Shown one piece after another: positions 44,395-53,282 of a stretch of DNA of 64,000 nucleotides. The position numbers and the translations under genes are program-made. Position 1 is the first letter of the stretch. Each line of letters starts with the position of its first letter. The DNA is taken from NCBI GenBank assembly GCA_963826265.1, contig CAWGWH010000002.1:1283246-1347245 (forward strand), in the 5' to 3' direction. The DNA comes from an uncultured Actinomycetota bacterium. GTDB taxonomy: Bacteria > Actinomycetota > Actinomycetes > Propionibacteriales > Nocardioidaceae. The notes beneath the pieces were generated by a model. The model was not told the DNA's origin, made no database searches, and worked only from the letters and a program-made list of their open reading frames with translations.

Positions 44395-45297
44395 GTGAGC
44401 AGCCTCCGACAGGACCAGGTCACCGATCCGGACGATCCGCTGGTCGCCGAGCTCGCCGAACGCCAGTGGCGCTGGCGGATCCGGCACCGGTACGCCGACG
44501 AGGCGACGGGGCGGGACGCGGCGGCTGCGCTGGTGCGCGAGCTGTTCGAGCACTCGCGGCTGGTGCGCACCCCGATCGGGTTCGTGTGGCTCGGACCCGA
44601 CGGCGAGCACACCTTCGTCCACGACGTACGGGCAGAGGGCGGGGACCCGCGGCACGTGGCGGCGCTGCGCGCCCTGGCCACGGACCTCGCCGGCTCGCCG
44701 CTCGCCGCCGGCGCCCCGCCGGGGGAGCCGAGCCGCGAGGCGTTCGTCGGCGACGGGACGTTCCGGCTCACGGCGACCTCGATGCGGCTCGACGTCACGG
44801 GGCCGGTGCCGGGGGAGGAGCTGGCCGCCCGGGCCGACGTCACTGCGATGACCGTGGCGGAGGTGCGGGCCTACCGGGACGGCGCCGTGCTGTCCTACGC
44901 GCAGTCGCGGACGGAGGCAGGGGAGTCGCCGGAGCTGGCCCGCACGAGCTCCGAGGCGGCCTTCGACGAGCTGCTGCCGAGCGCGCGGCCCGGCCCGGAC
45001 CAGCACCTGTTCACCATCCGTCACGCCGGCGAGCGCGCGGGCGTGCTGTGGGTCTGCCGGCGCTGGCCGGCTCAGGCGTGGGTGTACGACGTGGAGGTCG
45101 ACCCGGCCTGGCGCGGCCACGGGCTGGGCGCGGCGGCGATGGTGCACGCCGCCCGGTGGACGCGCGCGGCCGGCCTGCCCTGGCTGGGACTCAACGTCTT
45201 CGGCCCCAACGTCCACGCCCGCTCGCTCTACGAGCGACTCGGCTACGTCGTCGAGGAGGAGCACTTCGCCCGCGAACCGTCCACAGCCGAGGCATGA
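44395..45297 (+). CDS. Two-domain protein with a C-terminal GNAT acetyltransferase domain
   Basis: The C-terminus WVYDVEVDPAWRGHGLGAAAMVHAARW...LYERLGY is GNAT motif A/B. GTG 44395 is preferred on promoter geometry and GTG 44386 is possible. The ORF-track entry from 42016 is antisense to ptrB. Confidence 0.65.
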   Translation: MSSLRQDQVTDPDDPLVAELAERQWRWRIRHRYADEATGRDAAAALVRELFEHSRLVRTPIGFVWLGPDGEHTFVHDVRAEGGDPRHVAALRALATDLAGSPLAAGAPPGEPSREAFVGDGTFRLTATSMRLDVTGPVPGEELAARADVTAMTVAEVRAYRDGAVLSYAQSRTEAGESPELARTSSEAAFDELLPSARPGPDQHLFTIRHAGERAGVLWVCRRWPAQAWVYDVEVDPAWRGHGLGAAAMVHAARWTRAAGLPWLGLNVFGPNVHARSLYERLGYVVEEEHFAREPSTAEA

Positions 45298-45566
45298 ACC
45301 TGTGGAAAACGGCTTCTTCCTGTGGACGCGCGGCGTCCGGCTGTGGACAGGTGAGAAAAGTCCGAAATACTTGGCCGAACCCCTTGCGTACCCCCTTCGA
45401 GGCCCCGTAGAACTCTCCGTACCAACTCGCCGCTTGCGGAGGGTTGGGGATCGAATCGGAGAGAAGATCCGTACGGCGAGCTTGCTCGCCGCGTCGGCCC
45501 GGTGACGGGGGCGGCGGGATCGGACGGCCGGAACGGTCGACCGGGCGTCACAAACCGGTCAAACCC

Positions 45567-45603
45567 GAGGGGCCCCTGATGCTCATACCATCAAGGGCCC
45601 CTC
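45567..45603 (-). terminator. dinB terminator hairpin
   Basis: GAGGGGCCCCTGATG...CATCAAGGGCCCCTC forms a stem of approx 14 bp, 13 nt downstream of the dinB stop. Confidence 0.6.
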
Positions 45604-45615
45604 ACCTATTTCCTC

Positions 45616-46923
45616 CTACTCCCGATCCGGGGGTTGCCACACGTGCAGCGCGGGGTCGTCGACCGGGTATGACCTGACCGGCCCGGGAGCGGTGAGGGCG
45701 GTCTCGAACCGCACCGTCACCACGCCCCGGCCCGAGCCCCACACCCAGCCGCGCCCGAGTTCGTCGTGCTCGACGTCCATGCCGGGCGCCCAGGACGACC
45801 GTCGCAGGGTCGGCGCCTCGACCTCGGCCGTCGGCTCGTCGTCCTCGCCGTCGTCGCCGAAGAGGTCCTCCTGGATCCAGTCGGCGAGCCCGGAGACGCC
45901 CACCCCGAGCAGCCTCACGCCGCCGGAGGTGTCGAGCTCCGCGAGCAGTCCGCGCGCCAGCCGGCCGACCACGCTGGCCCGGTCGGTGGGCGAGGCGAGG
46001 GTCGAGGACCGGTTGAGGGTGGTGAAGTCGTGGAGCCGGACCTTGATGGTCACGGTGCGCCCGGACAGCCCGTGCTTGCGCAGCCGCTCGGCGACCTGCC
46101 CCGCCTGCCGGGTCAGCAGGCCCTCCATCAGCTTCCGGTCGGTGAGGTCGACGTCGTAGGTGCCCTCGACCGACACCGACTTGGTCTCGCGCTCGGGGAC
46201 CACCGGCCGGTCGTCCTCGGCCCGTGCCAGGGCGTGCAGACCGGTCCCGTGGGAGCGCCCGAGCAGCCGCACCAGCTCCTCGACGGTGACGGTCTCGAGC
46301 TCGGCCACGGTGTGGATGCCGGCGCGCCGGAGCCGCTCGACGGTGGCGGGGCCGACCCCGGGGATGACGCTGACGTGCATGGGGCGCAGCAGCTCCTGCT
46401 CGCCGCCGGGAGGGACGATGACCAGTCCGTCAGGCTTGCCCAGGTCGCTGGCCACCTTGGCGATGAACTTGGACGACCCGATCCCGACCGATGCGGTGAG
46501 CCCGCCGGTGACGACCACGACGCGCGAGCGCAGCTCCTCCGCGAACGCACGGACCGTCGCCACCTCGACGTCGGGCAGTCCGGCGGCGGCCAGGTCGACG
46601 AACGCCTCGTCCAGCGACAGCGGCTCGACCAGGGGTGACACCTCGCCCAGCAGGTCCATCACGGCCCGGCTGGTGTCGCGGTAGGCATGGAACCGTCCGC
46701 TCAGGAAGGCGGCGTGCGGGCACCGCGACCGCGCCTCGCGCGTCGACATCGCGGACCGGATGCCGTAGCGGCGGGCCTCGTACGACGCCGTGGCGACCAC
46801 GCCGCGGCCGCCGACGCCTCCCACGACGACCGGCTTGCCCCGGAGCGAGGGCTTGTCGCGCTGCTCGACCGCGGCGAAGAACGCGTCGAGGTCGAGGTGG
46901 AGCACCGAGGCGTCCGGCCGCAT
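45616..46923 (-). CDS. dinB: DNA polymerase IV (Y-family) with an extended C-terminus
   Basis: 435 aa from ATG 46923 (MRPDASVLHLDLDAFFAAVEQRD...SYEARRYGIRSAM). A QEDLF clamp-binding-like motif is followed by an 80-aa tail. Confidence 0.92.
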   Translation of the reverse strand: MRPDASVLHLDLDAFFAAVEQRDKPSLRGKPVVVGGVGGRGVVATASYEARRYGIRSAMSTREARSRCPHAAFLSGRFHAYRDTSRAVMDLLGEVSPLVEPLSLDEAFVDLAAAGLPDVEVATVRAFAEELRSRVVVVTGGLTASVGIGSSKFIAKVASDLGKPDGLVIVPPGGEQELLRPMHVSVIPGVGPATVERLRRAGIHTVAELETVTVEELVRLLGRSHGTGLHALARAEDDRPVVPERETKSVSVEGTYDVDLTDRKLMEGLLTRQAGQVAERLRKHGLSGRTVTIKVRLHDFTTLNRSSTLASPTDRASVVGRLARGLLAELDTSGGVRLLGVGVSGLADWIQEDLFGDDGEDDEPTAEVEAPTLRRSSWAPGMDVEHDELGRGWVWGSGRGVVTVRFETALTAPGPVRSYPVDDPALHVWQPPDRE

Positions 46924-46930
46924 GCCCTGC

Positions 46931-46936
46931 AAACTA
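46931..46936 (-). promoter_or_regulatory. -10-like hexamer consistent with a leaderless dinB mRNA
   Basis: The minus strand reads TAGTTT, then 7 nt, then ATG 46923. Confidence 0.3.
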
Positions 46937-47050
46937 CTGGGCCACGTGCGCGGGGCCGCTGACCATCCACACGACCCGCCCGGGACCCGCTCTCCACAGG
47001 CCTGCCCGGCTGGTCGTTCCCCCGTCGGCGGTCGCGGGGACCGTAGCCGC

Positions 47051-48058
47051 ATGACCACTCCCGCCACTCCGCCCGATGGGCGACCCGCCCTGCCACCCGC
47101 GCTCCCACCGGCGGGGCCGATGACCCTCCGTTCCGCCGACGACGTGCTGGCCGCGGTCCGCGTCGTGCTCGGCTTCGAGCCGCACGACTCGCTGGTGCTG
47201 ATCACCGCCGGCGGGCAGCATCCGCTGCAGGCCCGGGTCGACCTCCCCCGCGACACCTCGCACGCCGACTTCGAGCAGACCTTGGACGAGCTCGCCGCCC
47301 AGCTGCTCGAGCCGGTCAGCCGGCTCGACGCCCGGTGTGTGCTGCTGGTCGCCTACACCCCACACGAGCGACTGGGTCGACGCTGCCTGCGTGGCCTGGT
47401 GCGTCGCCTGACCGCGGCCGGCACCAGCGTGGCCGACGCGCTGCGCGCCGACGGCCGGCGGTGGTACCCCCTCGACCACGACCGGTCCGGTCTCACCGTC
47501 TCCGGCGTGCCGTACGACGTGGACGCCCACCCGTTCCTGGTCGCGGCCGTGGTCGAGGGCCGGGTCGTGCACGGCAGCCGCGACGAGCTTGCGGCGACCA
47601 TGCGACCCGACCCCGCGATGGTCGCCGAGGTCGAGGGAGCCAGGCCCCAGCCTTCTGCGGAAGCACGTTGGGTGCAGGCACAGGCCGCCCGGCACGCCGG
47701 GTCCGGCACGACGCCATCCTCCGCCGAGGCCGCTCGGCTGCTCGAAGGCATCGCGGAGGCCGAGGTGCGAGAAGCGGTCTGGACGGGCGCCGACCGGACC
47801 GCGGCCCCGGCGGCGGTGGGGTTCTGGACCGAGCTGGTGCGACGGGCGCCCGCCGACCTGGTCGCCGACGCCGCAGCGGTGCTCGCGTTCCAGAGCTGGC
47901 TCAGCGGCGACGGCGCCCGGGCGTGGTGCGCGGTCGATCGAGCGCTGGCGGCCGACCCCGACCAGGGGTTGGCGCGGCTCGTCGGCGACCTGCTCGAGGC
48001 GGCGTTCCCACCCCATGAGTGGGAGTCGACCCGCGACGCTCTCGGGTTCGCGTCGTGA
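47051..48058 (+). CDS. DUF4192-family protein
   Basis: 335 aa from ATG 47051. LRSADDVLAAVRVVLGFEPHDSLVLI is typical of the DUF4192 N-terminus (from memory). Confidence 0.65.
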   Translation: MTTPATPPDGRPALPPALPPAGPMTLRSADDVLAAVRVVLGFEPHDSLVLITAGGQHPLQARVDLPRDTSHADFEQTLDELAAQLLEPVSRLDARCVLLVAYTPHERLGRRCLRGLVRRLTAAGTSVADALRADGRRWYPLDHDRSGLTVSGVPYDVDAHPFLVAAVVEGRVVHGSRDELAATMRPDPAMVAEVEGARPQPSAEARWVQAQAARHAGSGTTPSSAEAARLLEGIAEAEVREAVWTGADRTAAPAAVGFWTELVRRAPADLVADAAAVLAFQSWLSGDGARAWCAVDRALAADPDQGLARLVGDLLEAAFPPHEWESTRDALGFAS

Positions 48059-48123
48059 GTCGGGCCGCATCCGGGGGACCGAGGGGGGTCGCCCGCTGGG
48101 CGAAACGTCCCTAATGTCGGCTC

Positions 48124-49587
48124 ATGGGCGAAGAGGTAGCCGCACAAGAGTTCTCCCGCGCCGACCGCACCCGGCACCGGGAGAAGGTCCGGCGCTGCCT
48201 CGACGTGTTCGCGCGGATGCTGCGCGAGGCCCGCTTCGACACCGACGACCCGATGACCGGGCTCGAGGTCGAGCTGAACCTCGTCGACGACTTCGGCGAC
48301 CCAGCGCTGAAGAACGCCGAGGCGCTCGCCGCGATCGCCGACCCCGGGTTCGTCACCGAGCTCGGCCAGTTCAACATCGAGATCAACGTGCCGCCGGTCC
48401 TTCTCCGCGAGGGCGGGCTCTCGACGTTCGAGGAGACGCTGCGGCAGAGCCTGAACTCGGCCGAGCAGAAGTCCTCCGAGGTCGGCGCGCACATGGTGAT
48501 GATCGGCATCCTGCCCACGCTCGCCGAGGGGCACTTCTCGCTCGACAGCATCACGCCCAACCCGCGCTACCGACTGCTGAGCGAGCAGATCATGTCGGCG
48601 CGGGGTGAGGACATCTCGATCGCGATCTCGGGCAGCGAGCGGTTGGTCACGACCGCCGACTCGATCGTCCCGGAAGCGGCCTGCACCAGCACCCAGTTCC
48701 ACGTGCAGACCTCGCCCGACCAGTTCGCGGAGTACTGGAACGCGTCGCAGGCCGTCAGCGCGATCCAGATCGCGGTCGGCGCCAACTCGCCGTACCTGCT
48801 TGGCCGCGAGCTGTGGCGTGAGACCCGGATCCCGCTGTTCGAGCAGGCCACCGACACTCGCAGCGAGGAGCTGAAGGCGCAGGGCGTCCGGCCGCGGGTG
48901 TGGTTCGGGGAGCGGTGGATCACCTCGGTGTTCGACCTGTTCGAGGAGAACGTCCGCTTCTTCCCGGCGCTGCTGCCGATCACCGATGACGAGGACCCGC
49001 TCGAGGTGCTCGAGGGCGGCGGAACCCCACAGCTGCATGAGCTGCGCCTCCACAACGGCACGGTCTACCGCTGGAACCGGCCGGTCTACGACACCGTCGA
49101 CGGGGTCCCGCACCTGCGGGTGGAGAACCGCTGTCTGGGGGCCGGGCCGACCGTGGTCGACCTGGTCGCCAACGCCGCGTTCTACTTCGGCCTGGTGCGC
49201 GCCCTCGCGGAGAGCGAGCGGCCGCTGTGGTCACAGATGTCGTTCTCCGCCGCCGAGGAGAACTTCCACGCCGCGGCCGAGCACGGCATCGACACCCAGG
49301 TCTACTGGCCCGGCGTCGGTCAGGTTCCCGCCACCGAACTGGTGCTGCGGCGGCTGCTCCCGATGGCCCACGACGGCCTGGCGCAGTGGGGGGTGCCGAC
49401 CGAGGAGGCAGACCGGCTGTTGGGGATCATCGAGCAGCGGTGCCTCACCGGCAGCAACGGGGCGGAGTGGTTCGTCGGTCGGATGCGCGACCGTTCCGAC
49501 CTGGACCGGTACGACGCGCTGCGGGCGACCCTCGAGGAGTACCGCACCAACATGCACACCAACGAGCCGGTGCACACCTGGACCTGA
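48124..49587 (+). CDS. Glutamate-cysteine ligase family 2 (GCS2) / carboxylate-amine ligase-like protein
   Basis: 487 aa with GLEVELNLVD and IEINVPP motifs. TAATGT lies 6 nt upstream of the ATG, suggesting a leaderless transcript. Confidence 0.75.
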   Translation: MGEEVAAQEFSRADRTRHREKVRRCLDVFARMLREARFDTDDPMTGLEVELNLVDDFGDPALKNAEALAAIADPGFVTELGQFNIEINVPPVLLREGGLSTFEETLRQSLNSAEQKSSEVGAHMVMIGILPTLAEGHFSLDSITPNPRYRLLSEQIMSARGEDISIAISGSERLVTTADSIVPEAACTSTQFHVQTSPDQFAEYWNASQAVSAIQIAVGANSPYLLGRELWRETRIPLFEQATDTRSEELKAQGVRPRVWFGERWITSVFDLFEENVRFFPALLPITDDEDPLEVLEGGGTPQLHELRLHNGTVYRWNRPVYDTVDGVPHLRVENRCLGAGPTVVDLVANAAFYFGLVRALAESERPLWSQMSFSAAEENFHAAAEHGIDTQVYWPGVGQVPATELVLRRLLPMAHDGLAQWGVPTEEADRLLGIIEQRCLTGSNGAEWFVGRMRDRSDLDRYDALRATLEEYRTNMHTNEPVHTWT

Positions 49588-49624
49588 CCGACAGTGACTG
49601 CCGGGCATCAGAGCAGGCCACCCG

Positions 49625-50032
49625 TCACCGGATCCGCTGCCAGTACCGCCGCAGCCCGCTGCGCGGATCCCACCAGCCGTGCCGGGTGACGACCACCCAC
49701 GTGAGGTCGCGGCCGGCCTCGGCGTAGGCGCTGCGCGCCGCGGCGAGCCAGGCCAGGTCGATGTCCTGCGGGACCAGCTCGCCCGGTCGCGTCAGCCACA
49801 CCAGGTGCGGCACCGACCCGGCGCGGGCCAGCAGCGCGGCGCAGACATCGGAGCGCAGGGCGTGGTCGGTCCCGCTGAGGGCAGCTGCGGCGCTGACCTC
49901 CTGGCCGCCGGGACGGCCCACGTGCAGCACCGGTGCGAACCGTCGGCGCCGCTCGCTGGCCGCGTGCCGGCGTACCGCCTCGCGCAGCACCAGGGCGGCG
50001 GGACGCGGCAGCGGGTTCTCGAAGAGCGGCAC
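49625..50032 (-). CDS. Hypothetical protein
   Basis: 135-aa ORF whose G/C-rich third positions fit coding sequence. I recognise no motif. Confidence 0.45.
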   Translation of the reverse strand: MPLFENPLPRPAALVLREAVRRHAASERRRRFAPVLHVGRPGGQEVSAAAALSGTDHALRSDVCAALLARAGSVPHLVWLTRPGELVPQDIDLAWLAAARSAYAEAGRDLTWVVVTRHGWWDPRSGLRRYWQRIR

Positions 50033-50158
50033 GCCGATCAGCCTGCCCGATCGGGCGCACCCGCCCGCCGGTCCTCCACAGGCTCCCGGTGGGGCCGCCG
50101 ATTCGGTAGCGTGCCCGCGAGGGCCTGTGTCAGGCCGCAGCCGAGCTGAGGAGGGTCA

Positions 50159-50563
50159 ATGGGGACCGTCGTGGTGGGTTACGTGCCGAAGCCGGAGGGT
50201 GAGGCAGCCCTCAACAGCGGAATCGCCGAGGCGAAACTGCGCGGAGCCAAGATCGTGGTGGTCAACTCGCACCGCGGCGGGAGCGAGTTCGACCAGGAGG
50301 CCTCCGTGAAGGCCGAGAAGGAGATGGAGCGGATCGGGACCCTACTGGACGAGTCCGGCGTCGAGCACGAGCTGCGCCAGCTGGTGCGTGGCTTCGAGCC
50401 CGCCGAGGACCTGATCAGCATCGCCGAGGCGGCCGACGCTGAGCTGATCGTGATCGGGCTGCGCCGTCGGTCGCCGGTCGGCAAGCTGATCCTGGGCAGC
50501 AACGCGCAGCGGATCCTGCTCGACGCCAAGTGCCCGGTGCTCGCGGTCAAGGCCGACTCCTGA
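50159..50563 (+). CDS. Universal stress protein (UspA family)
   Basis: 134 aa with a GAGGAGGG ribosome-binding site. It has VVVGYV...LIVIGLRRRSPVGKLILGSNAQRILLDAKCPVLAVK. Confidence 0.88.
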   Translation: MGTVVVGYVPKPEGEAALNSGIAEAKLRGAKIVVVNSHRGGSEFDQEASVKAEKEMERIGTLLDESGVEHELRQLVRGFEPAEDLISIAEAADAELIVIGLRRRSPVGKLILGSNAQRILLDAKCPVLAVKADS

Positions 50564-50582
50564 CAGGTGGCAAGATGGCCCA

Positions 50583-51149
50583 ATGGCGATCCACATCACC
50601 GGTGACGAGCACGCCGACCAGGTACTGACCGACTCGTCGTTCGCACTGCTGGTCGGGATGATGCTCGACCAGCAGTACCCGATGGAGCACGCGTTCCGCG
50701 GCCCTGCCAAGGTGCTGGACCGGTTCGGCTCGATCGAGCCGGGCGACATCGCGGCGGCCGACCCCGAGCGGTTCGCGGAGCTCAGCTCCACGCCGCCGGC
50801 GATCCACCGCTTCCCGGGCTCGATGGCGGCCCGGCTGCAGGAGCTGGCCAGGATCGTCGTCGAGCAGTACGACGGCGACGCGGCGCGGATCTGGTCCGGT
50901 GCGACCGACGGCAAGGACCTCCTGAAGCGGGTCCAGGCGCTGCCGGGGTTCGGCAAGCAGAAGTCGCAGATCTTCGTGGCGCTGCTCGCCAAGCAGCTCG
51001 GCGTACGCCCGGACGGGTGGGAGGAAGTGGTCGGCACCTACGCCGAGGACGGCTACCGGTCGGTGGCCGACGTGGTCGACGAGGCCTCGCTGCAGAAGGT
51101 CCGCGACCACAAGAAGGAGATGAAGGCGGCGGCCCGCGCGTCCCAGTGA
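50583..51149 (+). CDS. HhH-GPD-type base-excision DNA repair family protein
   Basis: 188 aa with FALLVGMMLDQQ...LPGFGKQKSQIFVALL. Confidence 0.75.
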   Translation: MAIHITGDEHADQVLTDSSFALLVGMMLDQQYPMEHAFRGPAKVLDRFGSIEPGDIAAADPERFAELSSTPPAIHRFPGSMAARLQELARIVVEQYDGDAARIWSGATDGKDLLKRVQALPGFGKQKSQIFVALLAKQLGVRPDGWEEVVGTYAEDGYRSVADVVDEASLQKVRDHKKEMKAAARASQ

Positions 51150-51277
51150 GCGAGCCAGTGACACGGGTGATCGCGCCGCGTGTGCCGGTTCGGTTCCGGC
51201 TTCGGCCGCGTGGCACAATGGCGGACGCGGCTCTTGACGACACCGGGCTTTGCCGCGCCCATTGCCCCTGACGAGAG

Positions 51278-52909
51278 GTGTTCGTGTCCTCGAACGCGCG
51301 CAAGCAGCTTCCCGCCGAGGTGCTGGCACACCCCGCAGTGCTGGCTCTCATCGAGCGAGGTCGACCGACCGGCAGCATCACCCCCGACGAGGTCAGGCAG
51401 GCAAGTGAGGACGCCGACGTCGAGCCACGCCACCTCAAGGCGCTGTTGGCGCACCTGAGCAGCCTGGGGATCTCGGTGAGCATGCCGGTGGCAACGCGCG
51501 TCGTGGCGGCGACCAGCACCCGGTCGAAGACCACGGCGGCGACCAAGAAGGCCACCGCGAAGAAGCCGGCTGAGAAGCCGGCCGCCAAGAAGGCACCCGC
51601 GAAGAAGGCCGACGCCACCTCGACCAAGGAGGCTGCCGACAAGCCAGCAGCGAAGAAGGCTGCAGCCAAGAAGGGCGAGGCGAAGCCGGCGGCGAAGAAG
51701 GCCGCCGACAAGAAGCCGGCGGCGAAGAAGCCCGCCGCCAAGACAGCTGCCAAGACAGCCGCGAAGACGGCCGCCAAGCCTGCCGGCAAGAAGGCCTCGG
51801 CGAAGGCCACCACCGAGGACGTCGAGCCGGTCGCGATCGGTCCCGACGGCAAGAAGATCCTGCCCGACCTGCCCGACGAGCAGTTCGAGAAGGACGTCGC
51901 CACCGACCCCTCCATCAAGGAGGACGAGAAGGAAGCGTCGTTCGTCGTCTCCGACGCCGACGAGTCCGGTGAGCCCGAGCAGCAGGTGACCGTCGCCGGC
52001 GCGACCGCCGACCCGGTCAAGGACTACCTGAAGCAGATCGGCAAGGTGCCGCTGCTGAACGCCGAGATGGAGGTCGAGCTCGCCAAGCGGATCGAGGCCG
52101 GCCTCTTCTCGGAGGAGAAGCTCGGCAAGGGCGGGAAGGTCAGCGCCAAGCTGCTCGAGGAGCTCGAGTGGATCGCCGAGGACGGCCGCCGCGCCAAGAA
52201 CCACCTGCTCGAGGCGAACCTCCGGCTGGTGGTGTCGCTGGCCAAGCGCTACACCGGTCGCGGCATGCTCTTCCTCGACCTGATCCAGGAGGGCAACCTC
52301 GGCCTGATCCGCGCGGTCGAGAAGTTCGACTACACCAAGGGCTACAAGTTCTCGACGTACGCGACGTGGTGGATCCGGCAGGCGATCACGCGCGCCATGG
52401 CCGACCAGGCCCGCACCATCCGAATCCCGGTCCATATGGTCGAAGTCATCAACAAGCTGGCCCGGGTCCAGCGGCAGATGCTGCAGGACCTCGGCCGTGA
52501 GCCCACTCCCGAGGAGCTGGCCCACGAGCTCGACATGACCCCCGAGAAGGTCATCGAGGTGCAGAAGTACGGCCGTGAGCCGATCTCGCTGCACACCCCC
52601 CTGGGTGAGGACGGCGACTCCGAGTTCGGCGACCTGATCGAGGACTCCGAGGCGATCGTGCCGGCCGACGCCGTGTCGTTCACGCTCCTCCAGGAGCAGC
52701 TGCACGCCGTGCTCGACACGCTCTCCGAGCGCGAGGCGGGGGTGGTGTCGATGCGCTTCGGGCTGACCGACGGTCAGCCCAAGACGCTCGACGAGATCGG
52801 CAAGGTCTACGGCGTCACGCGCGAGCGGATCCGGCAGATCGAGTCCAAGACCATGTCGAAGCTGCGCCACCCCAGTCGTTCCCAGGTCCTGCGGGACTAC
52901 CTCGACTGA
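51278..52909 (+). CDS. sigA: Principal RNA polymerase sigma factor (HrdB/SigA/RpoD type)
   Basis: 543 aa with a K/A/P-rich N-terminal linker. Conserved segments include [77 protein letters not shown] and [18 protein letters not shown]. Confidence 0.95.
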   Translation: MFVSSNARKQLPAEVLAHPAVLALIERGRPTGSITPDEVRQASEDADVEPRHLKALLAHLSSLGISVSMPVATRVVAATSTRSKTTAATKKATAKKPAEKPAAKKAPAKKADATSTKEAADKPAAKKAAAKKGEAKPAAKKAADKKPAAKKPAAKTAAKTAAKTAAKPAGKKASAKATTEDVEPVAIGPDGKKILPDLPDEQFEKDVATDPSIKEDEKEASFVVSDADESGEPEQQVTVAGATADPVKDYLKQIGKVPLLNAEMEVELAKRIEAGLFSEEKLGKGGKVSAKLLEELEWIAEDGRRAKNHLLEANLRLVVSLAKRYTGRGMLFLDLIQEGNLGLIRAVEKFDYTKGYKFSTYATWWIRQAITRAMADQARTIRIPVHMVEVINKLARVQRQMLQDLGREPTPEELAHELDMTPEKVIEVQKYGREPISLHTPLGEDGDSEFGDLIEDSEAIVPADAVSFTLLQEQLHAVLDTLSEREAGVVSMRFGLTDGQPKTLDEIGKVYGVTRERIRQIESKTMSKLRHPSRSQVLRDYLD

Positions 52910-53052
52910 CCCACCCGGGTGGGTGTGGCCTGGTCCTTCCGGACCGGAGGGCTGGACCACTCGCACATTTTGCGCTCGGGTGCCCGCCCGGCGGCCCTAC
53001 CCTTCGAGCAGTACGACGGCACGGGGGGTGTCGTCGTCCGGGGGGAGGGGCC

Positions 53053-53214
53053 ATGGTGCCCGTACTTGTGTTCTTCTCAGGCCTGTTGGTCGTCATGCTC
53101 GTCGCCGTCTGGGTCCACCAGCGTCGCGAGAGTCGACCGCACGGACGCCACGTCGCCGGTCCACCGGTCCGCGACCTGCGTCGCGACCGACGGGTGCCCA
53201 AGCACGCGGCGTAG
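53053..53214 (+). CDS. Candidate small membrane protein (53 aa), absent from the ORF track
   Basis: A GGGGGGAGGGG Shine-Dalgarno-like run ends 2 nt before ATG 53053 (close spacing). The product is MVPVLVFFSGLLVVMLVAVWVHQRRESRPHGRHVAGPPVRDLRRDRRVPKHAA*. Confidence 0.35.
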   Translation: MVPVLVFFSGLLVVMLVAVWVHQRRESRPHGRHVAGPPVRDLRRDRRVPKHAA

Positions 53215-53282
53215 GCGACGGCTGGGCGCCGGGCGGGGAGCGGATCGGCTGAGGCCGGTCGCTCACGCCGTACCCTGGGCGC

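Noticed and set aside
42016-45297. 1093-aa plus-strand ORF
   Set aside because: Only the last approx 300 codons (from 44386 or 44395) are a plausible GNAT-domain gene. The first 2.3 kb is antisense to oligopeptidase B.
45280-45350. Replication origin (oriC) suggested by clustered DnaA-box-like motifs
   Set aside because: No dnaA, dnaN or rpmH context is present, there is no AT-rich unwinding element, and there are only three or four imperfect boxes. At most it is a titration or regulatory site.
45440-45470. tRNA T-loop-like string GGGGATCGAATCGGAG
   Set aside because: The flanking bases do not form a T-arm, and no acceptor, D or anticodon stems can be drawn. It is not a tRNA or tmRNA fragment.
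45302-45505. 67-aa plus-strand ORF in the long convergent spacer
   Set aside because: It has no ribosome-binding site or leaderless -10 element, no G/C third-position bias, and no recognisable motif. The region is better explained as structured non-coding DNA.
51053-52966. 637-aa minus-strand ORF
   Set aside because: It is antisense to the principal sigma factor gene.
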